A stretch of 62,595 nt of DNA from an uncultured Alphaproteobacteria bacterium. Its GTDB lineage: Bacteria; Pseudomonadota; Alphaproteobacteria; HIMB59; GCA-002718135. The stretch lies in assembly GCA_902553945.1 (NCBI GenBank), contig CACDMT010000004.1:1-62595 (forward strand), given 5' to 3'. Positions 9,075 through 18,338 of this stretch are shown piece after piece. Position 1 is the first letter of the stretch; the number at the start of each line of letters is the position of its first letter. The translations under genes were made by a program, and so were the position numbers. The notes beneath the pieces were generated by a model. That model was not told where the DNA came from and ran no database searches. It saw nothing but the letters and a program-made list of their open reading frames with translations.

Positions 9075-10436
9075 TTACTTATAATCTGGTAGAAAATCTT
9101 TATGAGCTTCAATTAATTTATCTGTCATAGAATAAATTTCATCTATAGAAAGTATTGATGATGTTAAAGGATCAAGAAGTACTGCGTGGTAAATATGTTC
9201 TCTTTTTTTTGTAATCGCTGCTTCAGCTGTTAATATTTGAACATTAATATTTGTTCGCATTAAAGCAGATAGTTGTTCAGGTAAATCACCTATCTTTTGA
9301 GGTATACATCCTTTTGAATTAATTTCACATGGGACTTCAACACAACAATTTTTTGGTAAATTAGTTATTAAATTATTATTCATAACATTAGCATTTATTT
9401 TAATATTTTTATTATTATAAACAGAATCCATTATATGAGATGCATATTCATGACTAATTTTTAATGGCTCATTGTTTAATGGAGTAATATCTTTTTCTAA
9501 TTCTTTCCATGTTTTAATATGATGTTCACATCTATCAATATACTCATCTATAGGAATTTTATATTTTTCAATAAGGTCTGATCTGTTATTTTTAATAAAC
9601 CAAGGAACATATTCAGCAAAATGCTCGCTAGACTCGGTTACAAAATATCCAAATCGTCGCAAAATTTCATAACGAACTTTTTCATGAAGAAATTTATCAG
9701 ACTCAAAATTTTTTTCTTTACTGCGGGATGATACGGTTTGGTCATTAACAATATTATCAGCAAGTTTTTTTAGTTCTGGATATAAATCTACTGGAGTACT
9801 TATACTTTTCTTTTCAAATTTAAGAAAAAAAGCCATATGATTAATACCAGCACATGTAAAATCAATATTTGCTATATCTTCGTTTAAATCTTCTGCTAAC
9901 ATTTCTGCTGTTCCTTGGACTGAATGGCACAAACCTAAAGATTTTATTTCTGGAAATAATTTATTTATTGCAATCATGTTAGAACACATGGGATTTACAT
10001 ATTGTAACCAAAGTGCATTAGGACAAACTTCCATGATATCTTTTGCTATATCTAATAAAACTGGAATAGTTCTTAAACCTCGCATAATACCCCCTATTCC
10101 AATTGTATCTCCAATTGTTTGAGCAAGGCCATATTCTTTTGGAATATCAAAATCTATTTTAGTTGATGGTTTGTAACCTCCTACCTGTATTGTTGTTTGA
10201 ATAAAGTCAGAATTTTCAAGTGCCTCTCTTCTATTAGTATGTAATGTTATATTAGGTTTTGCGTTAAGCTTAGAAGATACTACATCAATTAGATTTTTTG
10301 CTAATTTTAGTCTATCTTCGTCTATATCCATCAATGCGATATGCATGTTTTTAAATGAAGATATATGTAATAAATCAACTACTATATTCTTAGTAAATAC
10401 AGCACTTCCTGCTCCAATAATTGTTAATTTAATCAA
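9075..10436 (-). CDS. melA: GH4 alpha-galactosidase/alpha-glucosidase (NAD+/Mn-dependent)
   Basis: IIGAGS, DTIGIGGIMRGLRT, YVNPM, GLCHSVQ, GINHMA, TESSEH; TTG start with GAGG upstream. Confidence 0.88.
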   Translation of the reverse strand: MIKLTIIGAGSAVFTKNIVVDLLHISSFKNMHIALMDIDEDRLKLAKNLIDVVSSKLNAKPNITLHTNRREALENSDFIQTTIQVGGYKPSTKIDFDIPKEYGLAQTIGDTIGIGGIMRGLRTIPVLLDIAKDIMEVCPNALWLQYVNPMCSNMIAINKLFPEIKSLGLCHSVQGTAEMLAEDLNEDIANIDFTCAGINHMAFFLKFEKKSISTPVDLYPELKKLADNIVNDQTVSSRSKEKNFESDKFLHEKVRYEILRRFGYFVTESSEHFAEYVPWFIKNNRSDLIEKYKIPIDEYIDRCEHHIKTWKELEKDITPLNNEPLKISHEYASHIMDSVYNNKNIKINANVMNNNLITNLPKNCCVEVPCEINSKGCIPQKIGDLPEQLSALMRTNINVQILTAEAAITKKREHIYHAVLLDPLTSSILSIDEIYSMTDKLIEAHKDFLPDYK

Positions 10437-10521
10437 AAAATAACCTCAAAAAAATATCTTATCATAAAATTTCCTTAATTATATCCTTATTTAAACAGAA
10501 TTTAACTTTAAACATATTATC

Positions 10522-10620
10522 GTGGCACTTATCAAAAGAATAGTTCTTTTTTTCATTTCATTATTTTTTATAATAATTCTCCTTGTTGGTGCCACAACTT
10601 CATTTGGATTAACTATTTAG
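10522..10620 (+). CDS. Putative 32-aa single-helix membrane microprotein
   Basis: GTG...TAG frame: MALIKRIVLFFISLFFIIILLVGATTSFGLTI*. Confidence 0.45.
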   Translation: MALIKRIVLFFISLFFIIILLVGATTSFGLTI

Positions 10621-10638
10621 TTATAGTAAACATAAATA

Positions 10639-11058
10639 ATGAAAAATATTATTGATGATTTAACTTTTAATACTTCTGGCAAAGGTATGTATGAAATAAC
10701 AAATCAAATAATTGAGTGGGTAAAAATAAATAAAGTTGATAAAGGTCAATTAAATCTATTTATAAAACATACTTCGGCTTCAATTACTATAATGGAAAAT
10801 GCAAGCCCAGATGTTTTAGACGATATAAATCAATTTTTTTTAAAATTAGTACCTGAAGACTCATCATTATATTCTCACGGATATGAAGGTGATGATGATA
10901 TGCCAGCACATATTAAGTACATGCTTACTCAAACTTCTTTAACTATTCCTATTAAAAATAAACAATTAATATTAGGAACTTGGCAGGGAATATATCTTTT
11001 TGAACATAGATATAATGCACATTCAAGAAAAATAACTTTAAGTTTTATAGGAAATTAA
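10639..11058 (+). CDS. yjbQ: YjbQ/UPF0047 secondary thiamine-phosphate synthase family
   Basis: HTSASI..EN, DDMPAHIK, LGTWQGIYLFEHR. Confidence 0.9.
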   Translation: MKNIIDDLTFNTSGKGMYEITNQIIEWVKINKVDKGQLNLFIKHTSASITIMENASPDVLDDINQFFLKLVPEDSSLYSHGYEGDDDMPAHIKYMLTQTSLTIPIKNKQLILGTWQGIYLFEHRYNAHSRKITLSFIGN

Positions 11059-11093
11059 TATTATAATTTACTATTAAACTAATAGGAGGACAT

Positions 11094-11378
11094 ATGTCTG
11101 TAGCTAGAATAACAACTATAAATTTTAAGTCAAAAGAAGATGCCGATAAATCTATTGAAGATTATTCATCTAATGCACCAAGTGAATTTCCAGAGGCAGA
11201 ACAATTACTGCAAGTCAGAGCAAGTGATACAACAGTAATGGCAATTTCTTTATACTCTGATAGTGATGCAATGGAACGTGCTTCAGCTGCAAGATCCAAA
11301 AGAATGAGTGCAAATGAAAATGTTTTTGAGGTTGTTGATACACAAACTGGAGATGTAACACTAAATCATAAAAATTAA
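11094..11378 (+). CDS. Small hypothetical protein (ferredoxin-like / dimeric alpha-beta barrel-like pattern)
   Basis: Strong SD (AGGAGA) and a downstream terminator; alternating beta/alpha sequence pattern. Confidence 0.75.
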   Translation: MSVARITTINFKSKEDADKSIEDYSSNAPSEFPEAEQLLQVRASDTTVMAISLYSDSDAMERASAARSKRMSANENVFEVVDTQTGDVTLNHKN

Positions 11379-11387
11379 ATATATAAT

Positions 11388-11411
11388 GAGGGTTATAAAA
11401 CCCTCTTTATA
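11388..11411 (+). terminator. Intrinsic terminator
   Basis: GAGGGTT-ATAA-AACCCTC followed by TTTAT, between convergent genes. Confidence 0.7.
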
Positions 11412-11443
11412 TTAAATAATCCATATACTTAGAACTTGAATAG

Positions 11444-12424
11444 TTACCATTTATGATGAATGTCATTTTTGAAATATTTATTATAAATATTTACAATTTC
11501 ATCTTCTAAATTATCGATATTATCAAGATCAGTTGCTTTTGTATTTAATTCAGCTTGAGATTTATTTTTTGCTCCAGGAATGACTACTGTAACTTCATTA
11601 TGTGATAGTATCCATTTTAAAGAAAGATCAGTAAGAGAATAATTATTTGGTAATATTTTTTTTAATTCCTCTACAGCATCAAGTCCTTTTTGAAAATCCA
11701 CACCAGAAAAAGTTTCACCAACATCAAATGCCTCTCCTTTAATATTATAGTTTCTATGATCATTTTTGGGGAAAGATGAATTTGCATTCATTTTACCTGT
11801 TAATAAACCACTAGCTAATGGTACACGAACTATAATAGCTACATTATTTTTCTTAGCTTCTTTAAAAAATTTTTCGCATGGCTTTTGACGAAAAATATTA
11901 AAAATTATTTGAATACTTTTTACATTTGGGAACTTTATAGCATCCATAGCCTCTGATACTTTTTCAACACTTACACCGTAGTGTTTTATCTTTCCTTTTA
12001 AAACTAATTCATCCATCATTTCATAAGTTTCTTTTTTTCCACAAATTATAGAAGGTGGACAGTGTAATTGAACCAAATCTATAATTTCTACACCTAGGTT
12101 GATAAGTGAACGATCAATAAAACTTTCAATATTTTTAAGGTTATACCCTTCAGCATTATGTGGATCTAATCTTCTTCCTGCTTTAGTTGCAACATAAACT
12201 TTCTCTTTTGTATTTTTTAAAACTTTACCTATTATTTTTTCACTTCTTCCATCACCGTAAACATCTGCTGTGTCAAAAAAATTAATTCCATTATTTAAAG
12301 AAGTATATAGAGCATCTTTTGCATCATTTTCTGATACATCGCCCCATTCAGATCCAATTGCCCAACAACCTATTCCAATTTCTGATACTTTCCAGTCTAA
12401 ATCACTAAAATTTCTATAATTCAT
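11444..12424 (-). CDS. Aldo/keto reductase
   Basis: DTADVYGDGRSE, ATK, DLVQLH, PLASGLL, IPG. Confidence 0.92.
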   Translation of the reverse strand: MNYRNFSDLDWKVSEIGIGCWAIGSEWGDVSENDAKDALYTSLNNGINFFDTADVYGDGRSEKIIGKVLKNTKEKVYVATKAGRRLDPHNAEGYNLKNIESFIDRSLINLGVEIIDLVQLHCPPSIICGKKETYEMMDELVLKGKIKHYGVSVEKVSEAMDAIKFPNVKSIQIIFNIFRQKPCEKFFKEAKKNNVAIIVRVPLASGLLTGKMNANSSFPKNDHRNYNIKGEAFDVGETFSGVDFQKGLDAVEELKKILPNNYSLTDLSLKWILSHNEVTVVIPGAKNKSQAELNTKATDLDNIDNLEDEIVNIYNKYFKNDIHHKW

Positions 12425-13208
12425 TTATATTATTTTCCCTTATTGTTTTTTCATAATGTTCAGTACGCTCTAAAAGTCTTTTATGACCCTCTTCGTCAAA
12501 ATCTTCTTTAGCGATTATATCTTTTTTGAAATTATTAAAATTATCTTCACCTCTTACACATATTGCACTATCATCATTGCTCTTTAGCTGTTTCATGTCA
12601 GTTGTAATATATTGAAAATTCAATCCAATCCTTCTATCATTACTGTTATTAGGTTGAGATGCATGTAAAGTTAAGCCATGATGAAAAGAGGCTTCACCAG
12701 GTTTTAAAGGGCAAGAAACAGCTTTATCAATATCTATATTATTAACTGTTTGACCTCTTGATAAAACATTATCACTATCTTTTATTGTTTTATGATTGAA
12801 GAAACCTTTTTTATGGGATCCTGGTATCATTTGCATACATCCACTAGTTGCATCAGCATTAGATAATGCAATCCAAGCACTTACTTGCTTTTGATTATTA
12901 TCAAAACCCCAATATGTTAAATCCTGATGCCAACTTACATAAGTTTTCGTTTGTGGTTCTTTTATAATAAAAGTTGCATTGTACAGTAAAATATTTTTTC
13001 CAATTAAATCTTCTATAAAATCTAAGATAATTTTATCTGTTGCTATATCATATACCCATTTGAGCATAGTATAGGTTTTAGTAAAATAATGAAGTGGACC
13101 TATTTGACTTTCAACATCTTCTAATTGATTTCTGTATTTTTTAGCTTTTTCATTACTAAATAACCTTAAAGGTGAATAAAATCCATTAGTAAAATAATAT
13201 TTTTTCAT
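12414..13208 (-). CDS. Phytanoyl-CoA dioxygenase (PhyH) family Fe(II)/2OG oxygenase
   Basis: WHQD, SAWIAL, GCM..IPGSH, H-ASQPN...R. Confidence 0.9.
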   Translation of the reverse strand: MKKYYFTNGFYSPLRLFSNEKAKKYRNQLEDVESQIGPLHYFTKTYTMLKWVYDIATDKIILDFIEDLIGKNILLYNATFIIKEPQTKTYVSWHQDLTYWGFDNNQKQVSAWIALSNADATSGCMQMIPGSHKKGFFNHKTIKDSDNVLSRGQTVNNIDIDKAVSCPLKPGEASFHHGLTLHASQPNNSNDRRIGLNFQYITTDMKQLKSNDDSAICVRGEDNFNNFKKDIIAKEDFDEEGHKRLLERTEHYEKTIRENNINEL

Positions 13209-13247
13209 TATTATATATAACTATCTTAGTAAAAGATTAAATGTAAA

Positions 13248-13319
13248 TCAATAATAATGAATGATAAAAATTCCAATTAAACTTATAATAAGTAAATCAA
13301 AAATAATAAAAAATTCCAT
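13248..13319 (-). CDS. Putative 23-aa hydrophobic microprotein
   Basis: MEFFIIFDLLIISLIGIFIIHYY*; the ATG directly follows the hairpin U-tract. Confidence 0.3.
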   Translation of the reverse strand: MEFFIIFDLLIISLIGIFIIHYY

Positions 13320-13376
13320 AAAAAAAATTGTGGTGTAGATTTTACTGACTAAATATATAGGTACTTCCACACCACA
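13320..13376 (-). terminator. Structured hairpin with U-tail (terminator, attenuator or sRNA 3' end)
   Basis: Minus strand TGTGGTGTGGA...TCTACACCACA-A-T8: 11-bp stem with one G-U pair that forms only on the minus strand. Confidence 0.6.
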
Positions 13377-13486
13377 TAAATTTTATAAATTAGAAATGAG
13401 ACAAAATTTGATAATAAAAGTGTCAATATTATGAAAATAATTAACTGGATTACTAACTCTGTTTAAGATAATCCATTAAATCAATC

Positions 13487-14341
13487 ATGAGTCCAAGAAA
13501 TAAAGGTTTGTTATTATCACTAGTAGGTGTTTTAATTTTAAGCCCAGATAGTTTATTAATTCGTTTATCAGGATTAAATGACTTTAGTCTTATATTTTAC
13601 AGAAGCTCAATTCCTACAATATCAATATTTATTTTTCTTTTATATTATTATAAATTTAATATTTTAAATTCGTTTATATCCATAGGATCTATTGGAATAT
13701 TTTATGCATTATTATATGCAATTACTCATATTTGTTTTGTGTATTCTATTCAAAATACTTCAGTGGCAAATACACTTGTATTAATTGCAGCTGCTCCAAT
13801 TTTTGCTGCAATATTTTCAACTTTTATTTTAAAGGAAGTTCCAAATTTTTTTACATGGATTGTTATAATTATAGCTATTCTAGGTATGATTATAATTGGC
13901 TGGGGTAGTTTTACATCTACAGGTATATTTGGCGATTTAATGGCACTAATAGTAGCTATAGGAATGGGAATTAGTATGGTTATAGTTAGATATTATAAAA
14001 ATAAAGATTTAGTTCCAGCTTGTTTACTAGGTTGTATATTAGCAGCTATTTATGCTTTACCCTTTGAAATTGAATATAATTTAAACAATTTTCAAATAAT
14101 TATACTTTTAATAATGTGTTTAATAATATTACCTATTCCTTTTGTAATTTTAACTATAGCACCTAAATATGCTCCAGCACACGAAGTAGCATTAATTTTT
14201 TTAATGGAAAGTGTTTTAGGAAGTACATGGGTTTGGTTTGTTATTAAGGAAGCTCCACCAGTAAATACAATTTTAGGTGGAATAATTATTCTTTTAGCAG
14301 TTTCTATATTTGTGATTAAAACAACTAGAGAAAAAAATTAA
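13487..14341 (+). CDS. DMT/EamA family transporter
   Basis: About 10 TM with duplicated EamA pattern; SPDSLLIR. Confidence 0.88.
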   Translation: MSPRNKGLLLSLVGVLILSPDSLLIRLSGLNDFSLIFYRSSIPTISIFIFLLYYYKFNILNSFISIGSIGIFYALLYAITHICFVYSIQNTSVANTLVLIAAAPIFAAIFSTFILKEVPNFFTWIVIIIAILGMIIIGWGSFTSTGIFGDLMALIVAIGMGISMVIVRYYKNKDLVPACLLGCILAAIYALPFEIEYNLNNFQIIILLIMCLIILPIPFVILTIAPKYAPAHEVALIFLMESVLGSTWVWFVIKEAPPVNTILGGIIILLAVSIFVIKTTREKN

Positions 14342-15192
14342 TTGCTTTTATTTTTTGGTTTATTTTCTCTAATAAATATATAAACACCACTTGATATGAT
14401 AAGTAAAAGACCAGAATATATATAAATATCTGGAAGATAACCAAAAAAAGAAAAACCTACAAAAATATTAGTAATAATTTCAAAATAACCAAGAGGTGCT
14501 AGCTTAGAAGCTTCTCCAAGTTTTAATGATAGTATTATTAAAAAATGTCCTATTGTACCTATAGAAGCAAGTGAAATTAAAAGTATAACTTGAATAAAAT
14601 TTAAATTAATCCAAAATAATGGAACTATTATTGTAATTAAGATACTTCCAACTAAACTTGTAAATATTAAAGTTACAAATGGACTGTCAGTAAAAGATAA
14701 TTTTCTAGTATATATCAAAAATAATGCATAAATTATTCCCGCTAATAATGCTGATATTGATGCGAAATTTATTTCATTATAACCAGGTCTTAAAACAATT
14801 AAAACACCAATAAAACCGACTATTACTGCAACCCATCTATGAATACCAACTCTCTCTTTTAATAAAAAAATTGAAAAAAATGTAACTACTATTGGAGAAA
14901 TAAATGCTAAAGTTAAAGCTTCAGGTAAACTTATAATAGAAATTGAATAAAAAAAAAGTATTGTTGTTAAAAAAAGTAAAAAACTTCTAATTAATTGTAT
15001 TTTAATATTTTTAGGCCAATAAATTTCTTTTCTAAAAAATAAAAATGAAATAAAAAGTGTTAGAATAAGCATAAAAAAATACCTACCCCATACAACTTGT
15101 ATAAAATGCATTTCGGTAGATAGATATTTTGCTAATCCGTCCATAAAAGGAAGAAGCATCCATCCAGTTATATTATATACATAAGCTCTCAT
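14338..15192 (-). CDS. DMT/EamA family transporter
   Basis: About 10 TM; LKERVGIHRW, GFIGVLIVLRPG. Confidence 0.9.
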   Translation of the reverse strand: MRAYVYNITGWMLLPFMDGLAKYLSTEMHFIQVVWGRYFFMLILTLFISFLFFRKEIYWPKNIKIQLIRSFLLFLTTILFFYSISIISLPEALTLAFISPIVVTFFSIFLLKERVGIHRWVAVIVGFIGVLIVLRPGYNEINFASISALLAGIIYALFLIYTRKLSFTDSPFVTLIFTSLVGSILITIIVPLFWINLNFIQVILLISLASIGTIGHFLIILSLKLGEASKLAPLGYFEIITNIFVGFSFFGYLPDIYIYSGLLLIISSGVYIFIRENKPKNKSN

Positions 15193-15198
15193 TTTAAA

Positions 15199-15585
15199 TT
15201 ATTTGAATGCTGAAGAATCACAAATTTTGCAAATTAATTCACCAGCACCACTTTTAGGTTTATATACTTGATAAAATATATCTTTAGATGAAATGTTATA
15301 ATCAAATAAATATTTTTCAATTTCCCAATATTTTCTCAAACATTTTGAACAGTTGGATGAATGTTTTAAATGTTCAGGTTTAAATTCCTTAATCCATAAA
15401 TCTTTAACTTCATTTATTTTATCATCATTTATATTTTCAGATAATATAGAGGGAATATCCATAAAACATTTTGAACATTGAATTTCAAATAAGACATTTT
15501 TATATGGACCACTTAAAAATTTTTTTCCAATAGATTGCTTACCTTTAAACTGAACAGAGCCACAATTAGGACATAAGAATTTCAT
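15199..15585 (-). CDS. Hypothetical protein with four CxxC motifs (double zinc ribbon-like)
   Basis: Likely start MKFLCPNCG at 15585; CPNC, CSKC, CSKC, CKIC. Confidence 0.7.
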   Translation of the reverse strand: MKFLCPNCGSVQFKGKQSIGKKFLSGPYKNVLFEIQCSKCFMDIPSILSENINDDKINEVKDLWIKEFKPEHLKHSSNCSKCLRKYWEIEKYLFDYNISSKDIFYQVYKPKSGAGELICKICDSSAFK

Positions 15586-15670
15586 AATTATTTTAATTGT
15601 TGTACAAGAAAATCTATATAATAGGTATAAATATAATAAATTAATAAAATAACACAAATGAGATTCTAAT

Positions 15671-16861
15671 ATGCAATTATCTTTTAGATGGTATGGTCAA
15701 AAAGATCCTGTTAAACTAACAGATATAAGACAATCAAATGCTGAATATATAGTAACATCTTTGCACCATATTCCTGCAGGAAAAAAATGGTCAAAGTATG
15801 ATGTAAAAAAACATTTAAATTTTATAAAAAGCCACAATAACAAATACAACATAAATTTAAAATGGAATGTTGTAGAAAGTATTAATGTTCATAATAACAT
15901 TAAGTTAAGAAATAAAAATTTTAGAAGTTTAATTAATAATTATAAAGATAGTATTTCAAATGTTGCAAAAAATAAAATTAAAATTATTTGTTATAATTTT
16001 ATGCCAATAATAGATTGGACAAGGACTCAATTAGATTATCAATTACCGACAGACGGTTTGGCTTTAAGGTTTAATTATATACATTTTTTAGTTTTTGAAA
16101 AATACATTTTAAAAAATTCAAATCTTGAAGATAGATATGAAAAAAAAGAATTAATTTCGGCAGAAAAGATCTATAAAAAAATGAATGCAAAAGATATTAA
16201 AAATTTAAAAATTGCTATCATGGGTGGATTGCCTGCATCAGAAATTAAATACACAGTCAATCAATTTAAAAATATGCTTGATGCTTATAAAGAAATTAGT
16301 CCAGATCAATTAAAAAATAATTTAAAAGAATTTTTAAAAGAAATAATACCTGTTGCGGAAGATTATAATGTTAAAATGGTATTACATCCTGATGACCCAC
16401 CTATCCCACTTTTTGGTTTACCTAGAATTGTTTCTACAATTAAAGATTATAACTATATTTTAAAAGCTTATGACTCAAAATCAAATGGAATTACATTTTG
16501 TGCTGGTTCATTGGCTTCAAATATTAATAATAACGTTTATGAAATATTTAAAACTTTTAAAAATAAAATTAATTTTATTCATTTAAGAAATGTAAAAATA
16601 GAAAATGATAAAAAAAGTTTCTTTGAATCAAATCATTTAGAGGGAAATATAAATTTTGTAAAATTAATTAAAATGATATTAAACGAGGAAAAAAAACGAA
16701 AAGATAATGGAGATGAAATATCTAATATACCAATGAGACCTGATCATGGTCATTGTTTATTAGATGATAAAAAAAAGAAATTAAATCCTGGTTATTCAGC
16801 TATTGGCAGAATGATGGGATTATCTGAGTTAAGAGGAATCATTAAATCTCTTCAAAACTAA
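15671..16861 (+). CDS. uxuA: Mannonate dehydratase
   Basis: FRWYG, CYNFMP..DWTRT, HPDDPP, MRPDHGH, PGYS.IGR. Confidence 0.95.
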   Translation: MQLSFRWYGQKDPVKLTDIRQSNAEYIVTSLHHIPAGKKWSKYDVKKHLNFIKSHNNKYNINLKWNVVESINVHNNIKLRNKNFRSLINNYKDSISNVAKNKIKIICYNFMPIIDWTRTQLDYQLPTDGLALRFNYIHFLVFEKYILKNSNLEDRYEKKELISAEKIYKKMNAKDIKNLKIAIMGGLPASEIKYTVNQFKNMLDAYKEISPDQLKNNLKEFLKEIIPVAEDYNVKMVLHPDDPPIPLFGLPRIVSTIKDYNYILKAYDSKSNGITFCAGSLASNINNNVYEIFKTFKNKINFIHLRNVKIENDKKSFFESNHLEGNINFVKLIKMILNEEKKRKDNGDEISNIPMRPDHGHCLLDDKKKKLNPGYSAIGRMMGLSELRGIIKSLQN

Positions 16862-17710
16862 ATGATAAAATATTTACCTTTATCATTTATTATATTTTGG
16901 AGTTCTGCATTTGTTAGTGGACAATTTATTGTTCAATCTGCAAGTCCTTTTGCTGCTTTAACATTTCGTTTTTTTATAGTTGCAATATGTTTTTTATTAT
17001 TTTCATTTTATTTTAGAGAAAAAATTATTGTTAAAACTAATTTAGCTATACAAGCATGTATTACTGGGATTCTATTTCATGGTTTTTATCTAGGCGGAGT
17101 TTTTTTTTCTTATAGTATTGGATTATCTGCAACTCTATCGGCATTAATAGTTGGATTACAACCAGTATTAACTAATATATTAAGTGGACCAATTCTTAAA
17201 GAAAGGGTTACCTTTATACAATGGTTAGGAATTTTCTTAGGTTTTATTGGAACAGTTTTAGTAATTGGAAATGATATTGGCAAATCAATTCCTATATTAG
17301 GAGTTGTATCTACTATAATAGCATTACTAGGTGCAACAATAGCAACAATTTGGCAAAAAAAAATAACAAGTAATTTAACTCTTTCTGTAAATAACTTTTA
17401 TCAAGCTTTTTCTGCATCAATTTTTTTATTAATTATCTCATTTTTATTTGAAGTTCCGTATATTAATTTTGATAATAGATTTATATTTTCAATGGGATGG
17501 CAAATAATTATGGTATCATTTGGTGCATATGCAATACTTATGTATTTAATAAAAACTGGAACAGCAAGTAAAACATCGAATCTTTTCTTTCTTGTGCCAC
17601 CTGTTACTGCTATTATGGCCTGGTTTGTACTTAACGAAGAATTATTTGTAATTGATATTGTTGGTTTATTAATTTGTGCTTTTGGAGTTTATATTGCTAC
17701 TAGAAAATAA
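16862..17710 (+). CDS. DMT/EamA family transporter
   Basis: WSSAF, HGFYLGG, LQP.LT; about 10 TM. Confidence 0.9.
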   Translation: MIKYLPLSFIIFWSSAFVSGQFIVQSASPFAALTFRFFIVAICFLLFSFYFREKIIVKTNLAIQACITGILFHGFYLGGVFFSYSIGLSATLSALIVGLQPVLTNILSGPILKERVTFIQWLGIFLGFIGTVLVIGNDIGKSIPILGVVSTIIALLGATIATIWQKKITSNLTLSVNNFYQAFSASIFLLIISFLFEVPYINFDNRFIFSMGWQIIMVSFGAYAILMYLIKTGTASKTSNLFFLVPPVTAIMAWFVLNEELFVIDIVGLLICAFGVYIATRK

Positions 17711-17734
17711 ATTAATATTTGTTAATTTATAATA

Positions 17735-18082
17735 ATGTATTTAATTTTAAAAACATTAATAAGTGCTATCATAATCGTAGTTGTTTCAGAAATAGCAAAA
17801 AGATACACATGGTCTGCTGCAATTATTGTATCGCTTCCATTAACTTCGGTATTAGCTTTTATATGGCTATATTGGGATACAAAAGATGCTCAAAAAGTAA
17901 TAGAGCTATCCTATAGCACAATAGTTATGACATTACCTTCTTTCGTTTTTTTTATTATTCTTCCACTTTTACTAAAATTTAAACAAAATTTTATACTTTC
18001 TATTATTGTCTCTATATTAAGTACAGCTATTGTATATGCAATTTTTATTATAATTATAAAAAAGTTCAATTTTAATTTTTAA
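17735..18082 (+). CDS. DUF3147-like membrane protein
   Basis: SEIAKR...SLPLTS pattern, 4 TM. Confidence 0.75.
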   Translation: MYLILKTLISAIIIVVVSEIAKRYTWSAAIIVSLPLTSVLAFIWLYWDTKDAQKVIELSYSTIVMTLPSFVFFIILPLLLKFKQNFILSIIVSILSTAIVYAIFIIIIKKFNFNF

Positions 18083-18257
18083 TTACATTATCCATATTCA
18101 TTAATATAGGACGACCATCATGAGCTGTATTTAGTGGAAAATATTCATTATTATATCTAACACATAATGTTAATCCTGTTCTTTTCTCTTTTCCTAAATT
18201 TACTTCTAGATCCACTATTACTAATTCTGTTTTCTCTAAAACTTTTAATATTTTCAT
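18072..18257 (-). CDS. Small hypothetical protein
   Basis: 61 aa with AGGA SD upstream; PLNTAHDGRPILM looks like a conserved motif. Confidence 0.6.
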   Translation of the reverse strand: MKILKVLEKTELVIVDLEVNLGKEKRTGLTLCVRYNNEYFPLNTAHDGRPILMNMDNVIKN

Positions 18258-18338
18258 TTTTTTCCTTTGTTAATAATATATTTAGATAAATATTAATTTT
18301 AATTTAAAAAGGGGCTAATATGATTTTAAGTAAAATTT

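Noticed and set aside
10523-10540. TGGCAC as a sigma54 -24 element
   Set aside because: No TTGC at the -12 position.
15597-15607. TTGTTGTACAA as a GntR/FadR-type operator for uxuA
   Set aside because: Spacing does not fit TTGT-N2-ACAA, the site is too short for this AT content, and no regulator is nearby.
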